64,000 nucleotides of DNA from Candidatus Zhuqueibacterota bacterium (lineage in GTDB: Bacteria; Zhuqueibacterota; Zhuqueibacteria; Oceanimicrobiales; Oceanimicrobiaceae): assembly GCA_029262035.1 (NCBI GenBank), contig JAJDAE010000247.1, positions 12,517 through 76,516 of the forward strand. Direction: 5' to 3'. Each line of letters starts with the position of its first letter. Within the stretch, counting starts at the first letter, position 1. Shown here one piece after another: positions 30,471-40,450 of the stretch. The notes below the pieces were generated by a model. That model saw nothing but the letters and a program-made list of their open reading frames with translations. It did not search any database and was not told the origin of the DNA. Position numbers and translations under genes: made by a program.

Positions 30471-31343
30471 ATGATGAAAGTAGTAGTTTTCTGTTTGTTA
30501 TTAGTTTTTGTGTTTGGGTTCGGAAATGTCACGGCTAAGGAAAAAACTAACAGCGAATTAAATGCTTTGGTAACAGCGCGTTCGGAATTTAAAGTTCGTT
30601 TAAAACAAAGTATTGAAACAACCCCCAATATTTCACTGTTTACTCAGGGAGAAACTGCAGGAGGTAAATCGGTTAAAAAGAGTGTGCTATTTTCTGCTAT
30701 TGTGCCGGGTGCCGGGCAAATTTATGCTAATTCCTACATCAAAGGTTTCTTGTTTCTAGGCGTTGAAATTGCTGCAATCGCATTAAATTTAAATTATGAT
30801 AAGAAGGCAAATGATTTTGAGGATGAATTCGAAGGGGTCGCAAATGCACAATGGGATGAAAATTCCTATTGGGACTGGATTGCACAAATAAGCAGTTTAG
30901 ATAGAAGCAATAAATCTGCTCTACGTGACTATGAACGTCGTACCTTTAGCCACTTCTTACCTAATATTATAAATCAACAATATTATGAGAATGTTGGAAA
31001 GTATAACCAATTTATTTATGGCTGGAATGATTTCAGAGACCAGCTGGGGTCCAGGATATTTACTCTTGAGGATTATCTAAATAAAGCATTTGACTCCGAG
31101 AGCTTGGATACTATTTCTCCAACGAGAGTGGGGTATGTGCAAATCCGTAAAGAGTCCAATGATAACTTTAAGAAAGCCACCACGATGACAACAATTATTA
31201 TGTTTAATCATATTTTAAGTGCCATTGACGCCGGGCTAACCACTAAATTCCATAATCGTAAATTCACAGCCGAGCTGAACATGCAAGGCAAGCTCTACAA
31301 CGAAGAACTGGTGCCGGTCTTGGCTTTAGGAGTGCTTTGGTAA
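30471..31343 (+). CDS. secreted/membrane-associated protein, DUF5683-like (paralog 1 of a tandem pair)
   Basis: Signal peptide. Motifs LFSAIVPGAGQIYANSY and MFNHILSAIDAGL are shared with the next gene. It is 13 nt downstream of paralog A. Confidence 0.35.
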   Translation: MMKVVVFCLLLVFVFGFGNVTAKEKTNSELNALVTARSEFKVRLKQSIETTPNISLFTQGETAGGKSVKKSVLFSAIVPGAGQIYANSYIKGFLFLGVEIAAIALNLNYDKKANDFEDEFEGVANAQWDENSYWDWIAQISSLDRSNKSALRDYERRTFSHFLPNIINQQYYENVGKYNQFIYGWNDFRDQLGSRIFTLEDYLNKAFDSESLDTISPTRVGYVQIRKESNDNFKKATTMTTIIMFNHILSAIDAGLTTKFHNRKFTAELNMQGKLYNEELVPVLALGVLW

Positions 31344-32135
31344 ATGATTAGATTTGAAAATTATAACATCCCTATTTCTTTGATGGTTTTGTTAGTACTG
31401 CTATCTTTAAATGCGTTGCATGCTCAACCGCTATTGAGAGGTGGCTCTGACAAGTTAAAAATAAAACAAGAAATAATTCACGCAGCCGTGAGCCGCTACA
31501 ACTCAATTGAAGAAAATACAATGGCTGGTCAGACTTTTCAGGATAGACCCGTATTAAAATCAAGAGGAAGAGCATTTTTGCAGTCGTTGCTTTTGCCCGG
31601 ATGGGGTCAACATTACGCCAATTCTAAACGAACTATGCGGTTTTTTATTTTAACGGAAGTACTTACCGTCGGTAGTTATGTTGGTTTCAGAACCTGGGGT
31701 AATTGGCTGGAAGATGATTATCGTGCATTTGCGGTTACCCATGCCGGTGTAGATTTAAAAGGAAAAAAGGATGATTATTTTGTCGATATCGGAAATTTTG
31801 ATAACATTGCGGACTATAACCAGGCGCAACTACGCGATCGGGACTTAATTGATGTTTATCGAAATACTGAAGCATTCCATTGGCAATGGGACAATAGCCA
31901 AAATCGTGATAAGTTTGAAGATTTACGTATTCGAAGTGATCGCGCCTCCAACAACTCGGAATTTGCATTAGCCGCAATCTTTTTAAATCATCTGGTTAGT
32001 GCGATCCATTCCACTCTTTCAGTTTACAAATACAATAAAAAGTTAAGTGAAAATGAAACAGGCTTTAATTTGAACTTTAAGTATGATCATAGAAGCCAGC
32101 TACTGGCTCTCAACATTTCAAAGACATTGCAATAA
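31344..32135 (+). CDS. secreted/membrane-associated protein, DUF5683-like (paralog 2)
   Basis: Signal peptide. Motifs LLLPGWGQHYANS and FLNHLVSAIHSTL. It is adjacent (1-nt gap) to paralog 1. Confidence 0.35.
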   Translation: MIRFENYNIPISLMVLLVLLSLNALHAQPLLRGGSDKLKIKQEIIHAAVSRYNSIEENTMAGQTFQDRPVLKSRGRAFLQSLLLPGWGQHYANSKRTMRFFILTEVLTVGSYVGFRTWGNWLEDDYRAFAVTHAGVDLKGKKDDYFVDIGNFDNIADYNQAQLRDRDLIDVYRNTEAFHWQWDNSQNRDKFEDLRIRSDRASNNSEFALAAIFLNHLVSAIHSTLSVYKYNKKLSENETGFNLNFKYDHRSQLLALNISKTLQ

Positions 32136-32141
32136 CTTCGA

Positions 32142-32819
32142 ATGGATGTGAAATTAGCCAAAAAGACGGCGGCAATTGAGGCTGTTAATTACGTTGAGAA
32201 TGGCTTTATTGTGGGCTTAGGGACTGGTTCGACAGCGTATTTCGCTATTCAGGAGATAGCTACTCGTATTAAACAAAAAGTTTTAACCATTTCGGGGGCT
32301 GTATCCACATCGCTACAAACGGAACAAATTGCCAGACAGGCAAATATCCCATTACTAAATAGTTTTGAGAAAATTGATATAACCATCGACGGTGCCGATG
32401 AGATTGATCCCAATGGCAATTTAATTAAAGGCGGTGGTGCTGCGCTTACCCGAGAAAAGATTGTAGCAGCCGCAACTGAAAATTTAGTGATAGTTGTCGA
32501 TCAGTCAAAGTTGGTAAAGAAGCTTGGAGCCTTTCCGCTTCCGCTTGAAATTTTGCCTTTTGGTTGGGAAACCACCTATAAAAAAGTTGAATCTTTTGGT
32601 TGTAGAATTGGTGTCAGGAAAGCAGACCATAAGTTGGTTATAACCGATAATGGCAATTATGTTTTTGATTGCAAATTTTTGGAGATTGATGAACCTGAGA
32701 AGCTCAGTGTCGAGTTAAATCAGATACCGGGCGTTGTAGAAAATGGGCTTTTTATTGGTTTGACAAAAACAGCTATTGTAGGCAGAGAAAACCAAAATAC
32801 CGAAATAACCAGATTTTAG
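32142..32819 (+). CDS. rpiA: ribose-5-phosphate isomerase A
   Basis: GLGTGSTA and DGADEID motifs. Length is 225 aa. Confidence 0.85.
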   Translation: MDVKLAKKTAAIEAVNYVENGFIVGLGTGSTAYFAIQEIATRIKQKVLTISGAVSTSLQTEQIARQANIPLLNSFEKIDITIDGADEIDPNGNLIKGGGAALTREKIVAAATENLVIVVDQSKLVKKLGAFPLPLEILPFGWETTYKKVESFGCRIGVRKADHKLVITDNGNYVFDCKFLEIDEPEKLSVELNQIPGVVENGLFIGLTKTAIVGRENQNTEITRF

Positions 32820-32868
32820 TTCCACCCATAATACCCCCACCATTCCCTGTGAGGGTGTTACACAATAA

Positions 32869-33828
32869 TTAACTTTTAGAAATAGCGTACTTTTTCATTT
32901 TGAAGCGTAGTGTAGCTTCCGGAATACCCAAAAGCTTAGCTGCTTTCACCTGATTTCCAGCAAATTTACCCAGCGCTTTTTTAATGAGAAATGTTTCAAC
33001 TTCTGTGATAACGCCTTTCAAGTTTTTGACCTCTAAAAAGTCAAGTGGATGACGTTTAATTTCAAAAGGTAGAAATTCAGTTGAAAGTTCGCCATTAGGC
33101 GACATCATTACCAGGTTTTCAACGCAGTTTCTCAATTCACGGATATTTCCTTTCCAATCGTATTCAAGAATTGATTCGAATATTTCTGCAGGAACAGCAG
33201 GAATTTCGATTTCATTTTCATGGCAATAGTTCTTTAAAAATGAAACGAATATTTCAGGAATATCTTGTTTCCGCTCACGCAAAGAAGGAATTGTTACGGA
33301 AAGAGGATTTAATAAAAAGTAAAAATCCTTGCGGAAGGTACCATTTTCAATATCGTTTTCCATTTCAGCGGCGCTGGCTGAAATAACCCGGATGTCCAAG
33401 GAGATATTTGTTTTTCCGTTAATCCTCCGAAAGGTATTTTCTTTGATGGCCTGAAGCAATTCAAATTGAAACTCCATACTTGTTTCGTTGATGTTATCAA
33501 GAAATAGTATCCCGTTGTTGGATCTTTCAAGAAGACCAATTGTACGCTGGATTGTACCTTCAAGCTCGACTTCTTGTCCGAAAAGATCTTTCTTGTCAAG
33601 TGTAAAACCCAAAGCAGAGCAATTAACCATTACGAATGGTTTATTTTTGCGCGTACTTAATGAGTGTATCGTTCTGGCTGTGTGCTCCTTGCCTGTGCCT
33701 GTGTCACCAATAATTAGAATGTTGCTATTAACCTTGGCAAATTTTTTGACAGCCCTATTAATCCTTTTGGCTTCAGGACTATTGCCCGTAAAGTACTCCT
33801 TGTAAATATCTGAGTCCGTTGTAATCAT
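32869..33828 (-). CDS. sigma-54-activator-like AAA+ transcriptional regulator (bEBP central domain plus Fis-type HTH). It lacks both an N-terminal sensory domain and the GAFTGA motif.
   Basis: Walker A is IIGDTGTGKEHTAR. R-finger/sensor II region is GNIRELRNCVENLV. The C-terminal HTH is KAAKLLGIPEATLRFKMKKY. The position of ESELFGHEKGAFTGA reads KKDLFGQEVELEGTIQ. Confidence 0.7.
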   Translation of the reverse strand: MITTDSDIYKEYFTGNSPEAKRINRAVKKFAKVNSNILIIGDTGTGKEHTARTIHSLSTRKNKPFVMVNCSALGFTLDKKDLFGQEVELEGTIQRTIGLLERSNNGILFLDNINETSMEFQFELLQAIKENTFRRINGKTNISLDIRVISASAAEMENDIENGTFRKDFYFLLNPLSVTIPSLRERKQDIPEIFVSFLKNYCHENEIEIPAVPAEIFESILEYDWKGNIRELRNCVENLVMMSPNGELSTEFLPFEIKRHPLDFLEVKNLKGVITEVETFLIKKALGKFAGNQVKAAKLLGIPEATLRFKMKKYAISKS

Positions 33829-33853
33829 TTAACTAACCCTCAAAAGTTAATAA

Positions 33854-34927
33854 TTATGTGTTAATTTTATTTTTAAAGTTGACAAAGTTTCCGCTATTTA
33901 GTCGTTTTTGGTATAAGGCACTCACGTAAAACAATAACGCAAGCATTCCAATTGATAAAACTGTCATGTTGATTTTGATGAAAATTGAGTTGCTAAAATA
34001 GTTTATAAAAAAAGTTAGTAGCAACATTGAAAAACCAATAGAGTTTCTTTTCTCATGAAAATAAATTTTTAAAAATTGAATAAAAGCATTCTTTTTGCGC
34101 TTAATTGGAACACCATAAACATCACCGTAAGAAATAATGGAGCTGTAAAGTTGTCCAATATCTGAGTATGAATAATTAATAAGACGAAACAGAGTAATCG
34201 AAAAAAATGAAAGACTGATAAGTAAAACGTACTGCGTGTATTTGAAAATGATTATGTTATAAACAGTACCAATTAAATTTGTAATATCCATAATGGTTAC
34301 TATAAAAAAGCAAATCATTAGGGTATTTATATGTTCTCCGAGCGATAGATCAAATTTATATAACAGTGCTCCAAAAAATACCAGAAAGAATAAAGGGAGG
34401 AAGTCAAAAAGAATAACACTTTTATATAATAGCGCATCTTCTACTTCAAGGATGAATTCCTTGTCAGCTATGAATGGAAAGTAATTCCAAATTAATGTTG
34501 GTATTGTTAAGGCAAAGGAGAATAGATAGATTTTTAAGTCAGAACTTGTTTTGAAAATATATTTTAACGTGATGAATATAACGCAGAATGCAGGGAGGAA
34601 ACTCAGAGTGATATATTTGTATTCAAAAAAGAAATAGCGAAGATAATCGTCCCCATAGAGAAAATTCTCACCAACAAAAATATCGGTAAAACTTAAGCTG
34701 TGTAAAAATGCAAAAATACCAATATTTAAGAAAATATTTTTGTTGGCGTTTCCTAGTTTATATAAGGCAATGGTTTGTAGAAAGATCAAAAAATATACCG
34801 AACAGTTAAGCCAGGAAAATACCGGCACTACTTGATGGGGTAGATTAGAAATGATTATCAGAAGCAAAATAAATGATAACCACCAATTTACTATTTTTAT
34901 GTGAATACTTTGATTCTTTTTTAACAT
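33854..34927 (-). CDS. polytopic integral membrane protein (about 8-10 TM helices), candidate membrane sensor coupled to the downstream AAA+ regulator
   Basis: Highly hydrophobic 357-aa ORF rich in F/I/L segments. Same strand and 25 nt upstream of the regulator gene. No conserved catalytic motif seen. Confidence 0.5.
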   Translation of the reverse strand: MLKKNQSIHIKIVNWWLSFILLLIIISNLPHQVVPVFSWLNCSVYFLIFLQTIALYKLGNANKNIFLNIGIFAFLHSLSFTDIFVGENFLYGDDYLRYFFFEYKYITLSFLPAFCVIFITLKYIFKTSSDLKIYLFSFALTIPTLIWNYFPFIADKEFILEVEDALLYKSVILFDFLPLFFLVFFGALLYKFDLSLGEHINTLMICFFIVTIMDITNLIGTVYNIIIFKYTQYVLLISLSFFSITLFRLINYSYSDIGQLYSSIISYGDVYGVPIKRKKNAFIQFLKIYFHEKRNSIGFSMLLLTFFINYFSNSIFIKINMTVLSIGMLALLFYVSALYQKRLNSGNFVNFKNKINT

Positions 34928-34988
34928 GACCCGAACAGAAAGTTCAAAGTTAGTAAATTCCCTGCGACATTCACAACAAACAATGCCC

Positions 34989-35255
34989 CTAGCGTTTCTT
35001 TCTTTTCTTACGTCGCGGCTTTGGTTTTTTTGCTGGTGGTGGCATAGGATCTCGCAAGCTCACCTGAGTTATATTCTGAGAATCTTTAGATCCCATTTGA
35101 CTAGTTGGAGCAAACGCTGTAGTAGCTGCTTCACTCAGTTCAAATTTCGTTAGAAATGAAGTGAGCTTTTCTTGATTGTCAAAAGCTGTGAAGACAGTAA
35201 TGAAAACAAAGTACAGTGAAAAAGTTGTAGCGACAGCGAACAGTTTTTTCTTCAT
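34989..35255 (-). CDS. small secreted or membrane-anchored protein with an extreme polybasic C-terminal tail
   Basis: 88 aa. The N-terminal hydrophobic signal/anchor is MKKKLFAVATTFSLYFVFITVFTAF. The C-terminus is PMPPPAKKPKPRRKKRKKR. Confidence 0.4.
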   Translation of the reverse strand: MKKKLFAVATTFSLYFVFITVFTAFDNQEKLTSFLTKFELSEAATTAFAPTSQMGSKDSQNITQVSLRDPMPPPAKKPKPRRKKRKKR

Positions 35256-35492
35256 AGGCCCTCCTAAAAAATATGAAGAACTTTCTGTCCGAGCCCTTTG
35301 GTTTAAATTTGCAATTTATGCAATAAAAAGGTGCATAAATTACAAAAGAGAATGAACCAAGTTGAAAAAATGTTTCGACGATTTGATGAAAAGGAAAAAA
35401 GTATGCGTCGACACCATTCTCTATATATAATAAGGAAGAAATTTTGGATTGTCAATAATTTTTTTAAGATTATTCGTAGGTTTTTAAGGATA

Positions 35493-37100
35493 CTAGTTTA
35501 ATTGTCGGGCTAAGGATAGCAGGTCATGTGCCTCCGGAAAATAATTTATACCGCTATTCAATTGCTTATCTCTAAGCAAGTTCACCCTGAGTTGAGCAGT
35601 TTTTCCCCAAATCATATATGCCATCTCTCTTTTTAGGAGAAATTGAATGTTTTTAATATTATCTGCATTTTTCAGGTTATTCATGTTCTCGATATTATCG
35701 TAATGAACCGCGAATTTCAGAAAGTCATTTAATATTTCATTTGTTACTTCAAAACTTTTTATAAATCGTTTTTCCCCTCTTTTTTCTATTTGTGGATTTT
35801 TTGCCCGAAATGTTTCTATGTATGCATGAAACGAACGTTTTTTTGAATAGAACAGTTTTCTTAAAGTTTCTGAAAGTGTATTGTTATCATTTTTAATCCA
35901 AATGTCGGGCTTAATGCCCCCATCTGCGTAAACTTTTCGTCCTAACAATGTGTGAAACTCTGCTTGCAGGCTATTATCATATTGAGAAATTGAGTCGTTA
36001 TACGCCTCTCTGTAATATTCATCTTTAGTTTTGGCGAAAAAATTTCTTTGGATAGGTCTGCCACTCGGCGTATAATACTTAGCTGTGGTTATTAAGAGTG
36101 CTGAGCCATCATGGAAACGGTATTGGCTTTGAACAAGACCCTTGCCAAAACTTGTTTTGCCTATGATCAAGCCTCTGTCAAGATCTTGAATTGCGCCTGC
36201 TACTATCTCAGATGCGCTGGCAGAACCATGGTCAATTAATACAATCATTGGAAACAGTTCATGGGTTTTAGCAGCGGTTGAGCGGAATTCTTGGTAAGAA
36301 CTGGCTAACCGGCCTTTGGTTGTCACAATGTTGTTACCTGCAGGAATGAATTTGTCAGTTACTTCAACAGCGGCATTTAAATAACCACCACTGTTACCTC
36401 GTAAATCTAAAACCAGATAGGTCATGCCTTTCTGCTTCAATTCTTTCAAAGCTTGATCTAGTTCCCGGGATGTTGTTGAGGTGAAACGATCGATTTTTAT
36501 ATAGCCAATATTTTGTTTTACCATCAAAGCAAACGGGATGCTTTGTAAAAGTATTCTTTCACGAATTAATTGTATTTCACGTGGTTTGGAAGATTGTAGA
36601 TTTTGTAAAGTTAGAGTAATGGGTAATCCCGGTGGACCGTTCAACTTTGCAACTATGTTTTCTTTTGGAATATTGGTTACATCATCTCCGTTTATTTTTA
36701 ATATTTTATCGCCGGGATGAATACCATATTTTTCTGCGGGACTTGAATCCAGAATGGACATTATAGTCACTTTTCCATTAATTATTTCAAAGCCGATACC
36801 AATGCCGGTATATCCTTCAAAATTTTGATTCCAATTGGTGAAATCGTTTGCGGGCAGAAATACCGTGTGGGGATCCAAATTTTTAACCACGCCTTTTATG
36901 GCTTCCTCTATTAACTCTTCTGTAGTTTTTTCCTCTAAGTACGAGCGTTGAATAGTTTCCATAACAGAAGTAAAAATTTTAATCTGAGTATAAAAATTTT
37001 CAGTTTTGGCCATCAATTTAGGTAAATTTACTTCTTGGAGAATAAAGCCAATGGGTATAAAAATTAGACCTAAGATGAATATTATTTGCTTAGCACGCAT
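35493..37100 (-). CDS. ctpA: carboxyl-terminal processing protease (S41 family, PDZ-containing)
   Basis: S41 catalytic region DHGSASASEIVAGAIQD, with the Lys region GKTSFGKGLVQS. A PDZ segment and an N-terminal TM anchor are present. Confidence 0.8.
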   Translation of the reverse strand: MRAKQIIFILGLIFIPIGFILQEVNLPKLMAKTENFYTQIKIFTSVMETIQRSYLEEKTTEELIEEAIKGVVKNLDPHTVFLPANDFTNWNQNFEGYTGIGIGFEIINGKVTIMSILDSSPAEKYGIHPGDKILKINGDDVTNIPKENIVAKLNGPPGLPITLTLQNLQSSKPREIQLIRERILLQSIPFALMVKQNIGYIKIDRFTSTTSRELDQALKELKQKGMTYLVLDLRGNSGGYLNAAVEVTDKFIPAGNNIVTTKGRLASSYQEFRSTAAKTHELFPMIVLIDHGSASASEIVAGAIQDLDRGLIIGKTSFGKGLVQSQYRFHDGSALLITTAKYYTPSGRPIQRNFFAKTKDEYYREAYNDSISQYDNSLQAEFHTLLGRKVYADGGIKPDIWIKNDNNTLSETLRKLFYSKKRSFHAYIETFRAKNPQIEKRGEKRFIKSFEVTNEILNDFLKFAVHYDNIENMNNLKNADNIKNIQFLLKREMAYMIWGKTAQLRVNLLRDKQLNSGINYFPEAHDLLSLARQLN

Positions 37101-37467
37101 ATAAGCACCCGTTGTGAGTTTAAATAAATTTTCCAGTCAGAGGAATTTTCTTCAAAAAAAATGTATTTAATATAAGTAGTGAAACATTAAATGATTCAAA
37201 AAATGCACTGATAATTGAGCCATATCAAAATTGTGCTATAATATCTATCGGAAAATTACAACCAAAAATTAACTTGATAGAGGTGCATATTTTGTTAAAT
37301 TGTAGCAAAGAATTTGGAAGATATTTTGTTATGGACGATAACCCTTTTCGAAGTGACCTTCTTGAGAAAATGTATTTCTGCCCTATTTCATCTTAAGTTT
37401 TTATGGATTTAATAATTCAATTTTGTCTCACCAAAGACAGTTATCCACCAACCAAAAGAGTTGTAGT

Positions 37468-40443
37468 ATGATAAATATAAAGCTTGTCCGAAATAGCATT
37501 ATTCTTGTTTGTATTTTATGTATTTCGTCTGGGGCTTTTTCGCAATACTATTTTGGAAGAAACAAAATCCAGTACGATGATTTTCGCTGGAATATTTTAA
37601 AGACTGAGCATTATGACGTTTATTTTTATCCGGAGATGCGGGAACTTGCGGAAATAGGGGCAGCCATGGCCGAGGATGCGTATACGCGCCTGGAAAGCAA
37701 GTTGAACCACAACATCACACGCAGAATTCCTCTGATTTTTTATTCAAACCATATTCATTTCCAGCAGACAAATACAATTCCTAATTTTATTTCGGAAGGT
37801 GTTGGCGGTTTTTTTGAATTTATAAAGGGTAGAGTGGTGATTCCCTCTACTGGTTCAATTCATGATTTCAAGCACGTTATTAATCACGAGATGGTACATG
37901 TTTTCACGCGTAGTAAATTAGGCAGGGGATATAAAGATCGCCGGAGAACCCTCTTTGCCGGCGCTCCTTTATGGTTTACTGAAGGCATCGCAGAATACTG
38001 GTCGGAAGGCTGGGATTCTCAAGCAGAAATGTTTATTCGCGATGCAATGTTAAGTGGGTATCTTGTGCCGGTTAGCCAGATGGACAGAATTTATGGTACC
38101 TTTTTAATGTATAAAGAGGGGCAGGCAATCTGTCGGTTTATTGCTGAAAATTTTGGTGAGGAGAAGTTGCTGCTGCTGCTGGAAAATGCCTGGAAAGCTG
38201 AACGTTTTTCGGAAGTGATGAAGCTGACAATTGGCCTTAACTACAAAGAATTTGATAAAAAGTGGATTTATGATTTAAAGAAGAAAATTTATCCTTTGCT
38301 TGATGAAGGAGATGAACCCTACCAGGTAACCAAAGAGTTTACCCAGGCTGGGTTTAATACCAAGCCGGCATATTTCAAAAAGGATGGGGAAGACTGGGTA
38401 GCATTTACAGCAAATCGTATGGGCTATTCGAATATTTACATCAAACCTCTCGGCGTTAAAACTAAATCTCCCGAAGTTTTAGTTAAGGGGGAGCGCACTC
38501 CGGATTATGAATCCTTTTATTTGCTGAAAAGTAAGCTCGATGTTAATGATTCAGGAAAGCTTACGTTTATATCGAAAAGCGGTGCCAGAGATGCACTTTA
38601 TGTTTATGATATTTCAACCAGGGAAAATACCCGCAAATTTGATTTTCCCGATTTAGTTTCTTTGTCGTCGCCACATTGGTCACCCGATGAAAAGGTGATT
38701 GTTTTTTCCGGGAAGAGCTTTGCGGGACAACCCGATTTGTATACCTTGACAGTTGAAACCGGTGACCTGCAACGATTGACAAATGATTTTTATGATGATA
38801 AAGACCCTGAATGGTCGCCGGATGGTAAAACCATTGCCTTCAGTTCCGATCGGTCTTATTATGGTAAAGAAGGTGTCAAAAACTTGTTTTTGTACGAAGT
38901 GCTGACGGGACAGATACGCCATATTACCTGCGGACCCTACAACGATTTTTCACCCACATGGTCTCCCGATGGTCAAAATATTGTTTTTTCTTCTGATAGA
39001 GATGGCACTTTCAATCTATGGATGCTAAAAAATAATACGTTTAATTTTGAGCCGTTTGATGATAACAGCCTGGTTGTCGCCTCACTGGATAACGGTGATA
39101 TTCAACCTGACTACACAAAAAATGATGGGCAATTAGATAGTTTTGATTCGGTCGACGGAGTCTTGAAAAATTTGTACCCCTCAGCAATTGAGCCAGCCGA
39201 TGAAATAAAAAAGATAACCAATTTTACAACCGGTGCCCAGGATGCTGAATGGGTTGATAACAACAGATTGATTTTTTCAGCCTTTCAGGGATTCAGTTTT
39301 CAAATTCGGGAATTGAATGATATTCAAAAGAAATTTGCCGAGGCAGACACGGTCGTTCACGATGTGGTTACAGGAACGAACGATATTTGGGTTCCCAATA
39401 AAATTGTCGGCCAGGTAGATGCTACCCAGATAAAGTACAAAAAGAAATTCAATCTGGATATCGCCCAAAGTGCAATTGCACATGATCCGGTTTACGGTTC
39501 GACCGGTGGCGCCCAACTCGCTATGAGCGATATGCTTGGTAACCAGAAGTACTTTTTCCTTCTGTACAATAATGCTCAAAGGAGCAGTGAGTTTTTTAAA
39601 AGCTGGAATTTTGCGGTCACTCGGGTGGATCTAGGTCGCCGTGTAAATACAGCCGTTGGGTTGTTTAGAATTTCAGGCCGCTTTTTCGATCGGGTCGATA
39701 GTTTCTTTGACCAGGAAAGAGTCGGTGGGTTCGTTTCTGCCAGCTATCCTTTCTCAGTTTTTAACAGAATAGAAGGCAGTATCAGTTTACGAAAAGAACG
39801 TCGGGAGTATCTTAACAGAAGCATAAACGGTATCATCGCTTCTAATTCAATCTCTTATGTTAAAGATAATACGCTTTGGGGTGTTACCGGTCCGGTTGAT
39901 GGTGAACGATACAATGTTACAGTTGGTCATACACTCGATATTCAAAATAACGATGTTAGTTTTTTTACCTTTACAACCGATTACCGAAAATATTTTCGCT
40001 TAAGCCGGCGCACAACTTACGCCACGCGTGTAATGGGGAGATTTAATGTTGGCAAAGAATCTTTCCGCTATTTTATGGGTGGTAGCTGGGATTTGAGGTT
40101 GTATCCGCGATGGCGTATTTGGGGACGGAAATTATTTCTTCTAAATAATGAAGTGAGATTCCCTTTGCTGGATAGATTGATTCTGGGTTTTCCTTTTGGC
40201 GGTTTGGGTTTTGGCGGGTTTCAGGGAGCCGCTTTTGTAGATCTCGGTCAGGCTTGGGATAGTGAGTATCATTTCGAAGAGGTGTTGGGAAGCATGGGGC
40301 TTGGCATTCGTATGCGGTTTGGTGGGTTCCTGGTTTTAAGGTATGAAATTGGCCGTACTTTTCAAGTTAATGATTTAAGCAATCCTTCTATTCATTGGGA
40401 TAGCGGACTAAAAAAAGCATTTTGGTTTGGGCTTGACTTTTAA
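37468..40443 (+). CDS. ~990-aa outer-membrane multidomain protein (paralog B): MA-clan metallopeptidase domain, PD40 beta-propeller, Omp85/D15-like C-terminal beta-barrel
   Basis: Preferred start MINIKLVRNS... at 37468, with a signal peptide. The ORF track starts at 37423. VINHEMVHVF (HExxH) is followed by WFTEGIAEYW. PD40 repeats are WSPDEKVIVF, WSPDGKTIAF and WSPDGQNIVF. The C-terminal region has FMGGSWDLRLYPRWRIWGRKLFLLNNEVRFPLLD and the beta-signal-like end AFWFGLDF. Confidence 0.6.
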   Translation: MINIKLVRNSIILVCILCISSGAFSQYYFGRNKIQYDDFRWNILKTEHYDVYFYPEMRELAEIGAAMAEDAYTRLESKLNHNITRRIPLIFYSNHIHFQQTNTIPNFISEGVGGFFEFIKGRVVIPSTGSIHDFKHVINHEMVHVFTRSKLGRGYKDRRRTLFAGAPLWFTEGIAEYWSEGWDSQAEMFIRDAMLSGYLVPVSQMDRIYGTFLMYKEGQAICRFIAENFGEEKLLLLLENAWKAERFSEVMKLTIGLNYKEFDKKWIYDLKKKIYPLLDEGDEPYQVTKEFTQAGFNTKPAYFKKDGEDWVAFTANRMGYSNIYIKPLGVKTKSPEVLVKGERTPDYESFYLLKSKLDVNDSGKLTFISKSGARDALYVYDISTRENTRKFDFPDLVSLSSPHWSPDEKVIVFSGKSFAGQPDLYTLTVETGDLQRLTNDFYDDKDPEWSPDGKTIAFSSDRSYYGKEGVKNLFLYEVLTGQIRHITCGPYNDFSPTWSPDGQNIVFSSDRDGTFNLWMLKNNTFNFEPFDDNSLVVASLDNGDIQPDYTKNDGQLDSFDSVDGVLKNLYPSAIEPADEIKKITNFTTGAQDAEWVDNNRLIFSAFQGFSFQIRELNDIQKKFAEADTVVHDVVTGTNDIWVPNKIVGQVDATQIKYKKKFNLDIAQSAIAHDPVYGSTGGAQLAMSDMLGNQKYFFLLYNNAQRSSEFFKSWNFAVTRVDLGRRVNTAVGLFRISGRFFDRVDSFFDQERVGGFVSASYPFSVFNRIEGSISLRKERREYLNRSINGIIASNSISYVKDNTLWGVTGPVDGERYNVTVGHTLDIQNNDVSFFTFTTDYRKYFRLSRRTTYATRVMGRFNVGKESFRYFMGGSWDLRLYPRWRIWGRKLFLLNNEVRFPLLDRLILGFPFGGLGFGGFQGAAFVDLGQAWDSEYHFEEVLGSMGLGIRMRFGGFLVLRYEIGRTFQVNDLSNPSIHWDSGLKKAFWFGLDF

Positions 40444-40450
40444 GTATCTC

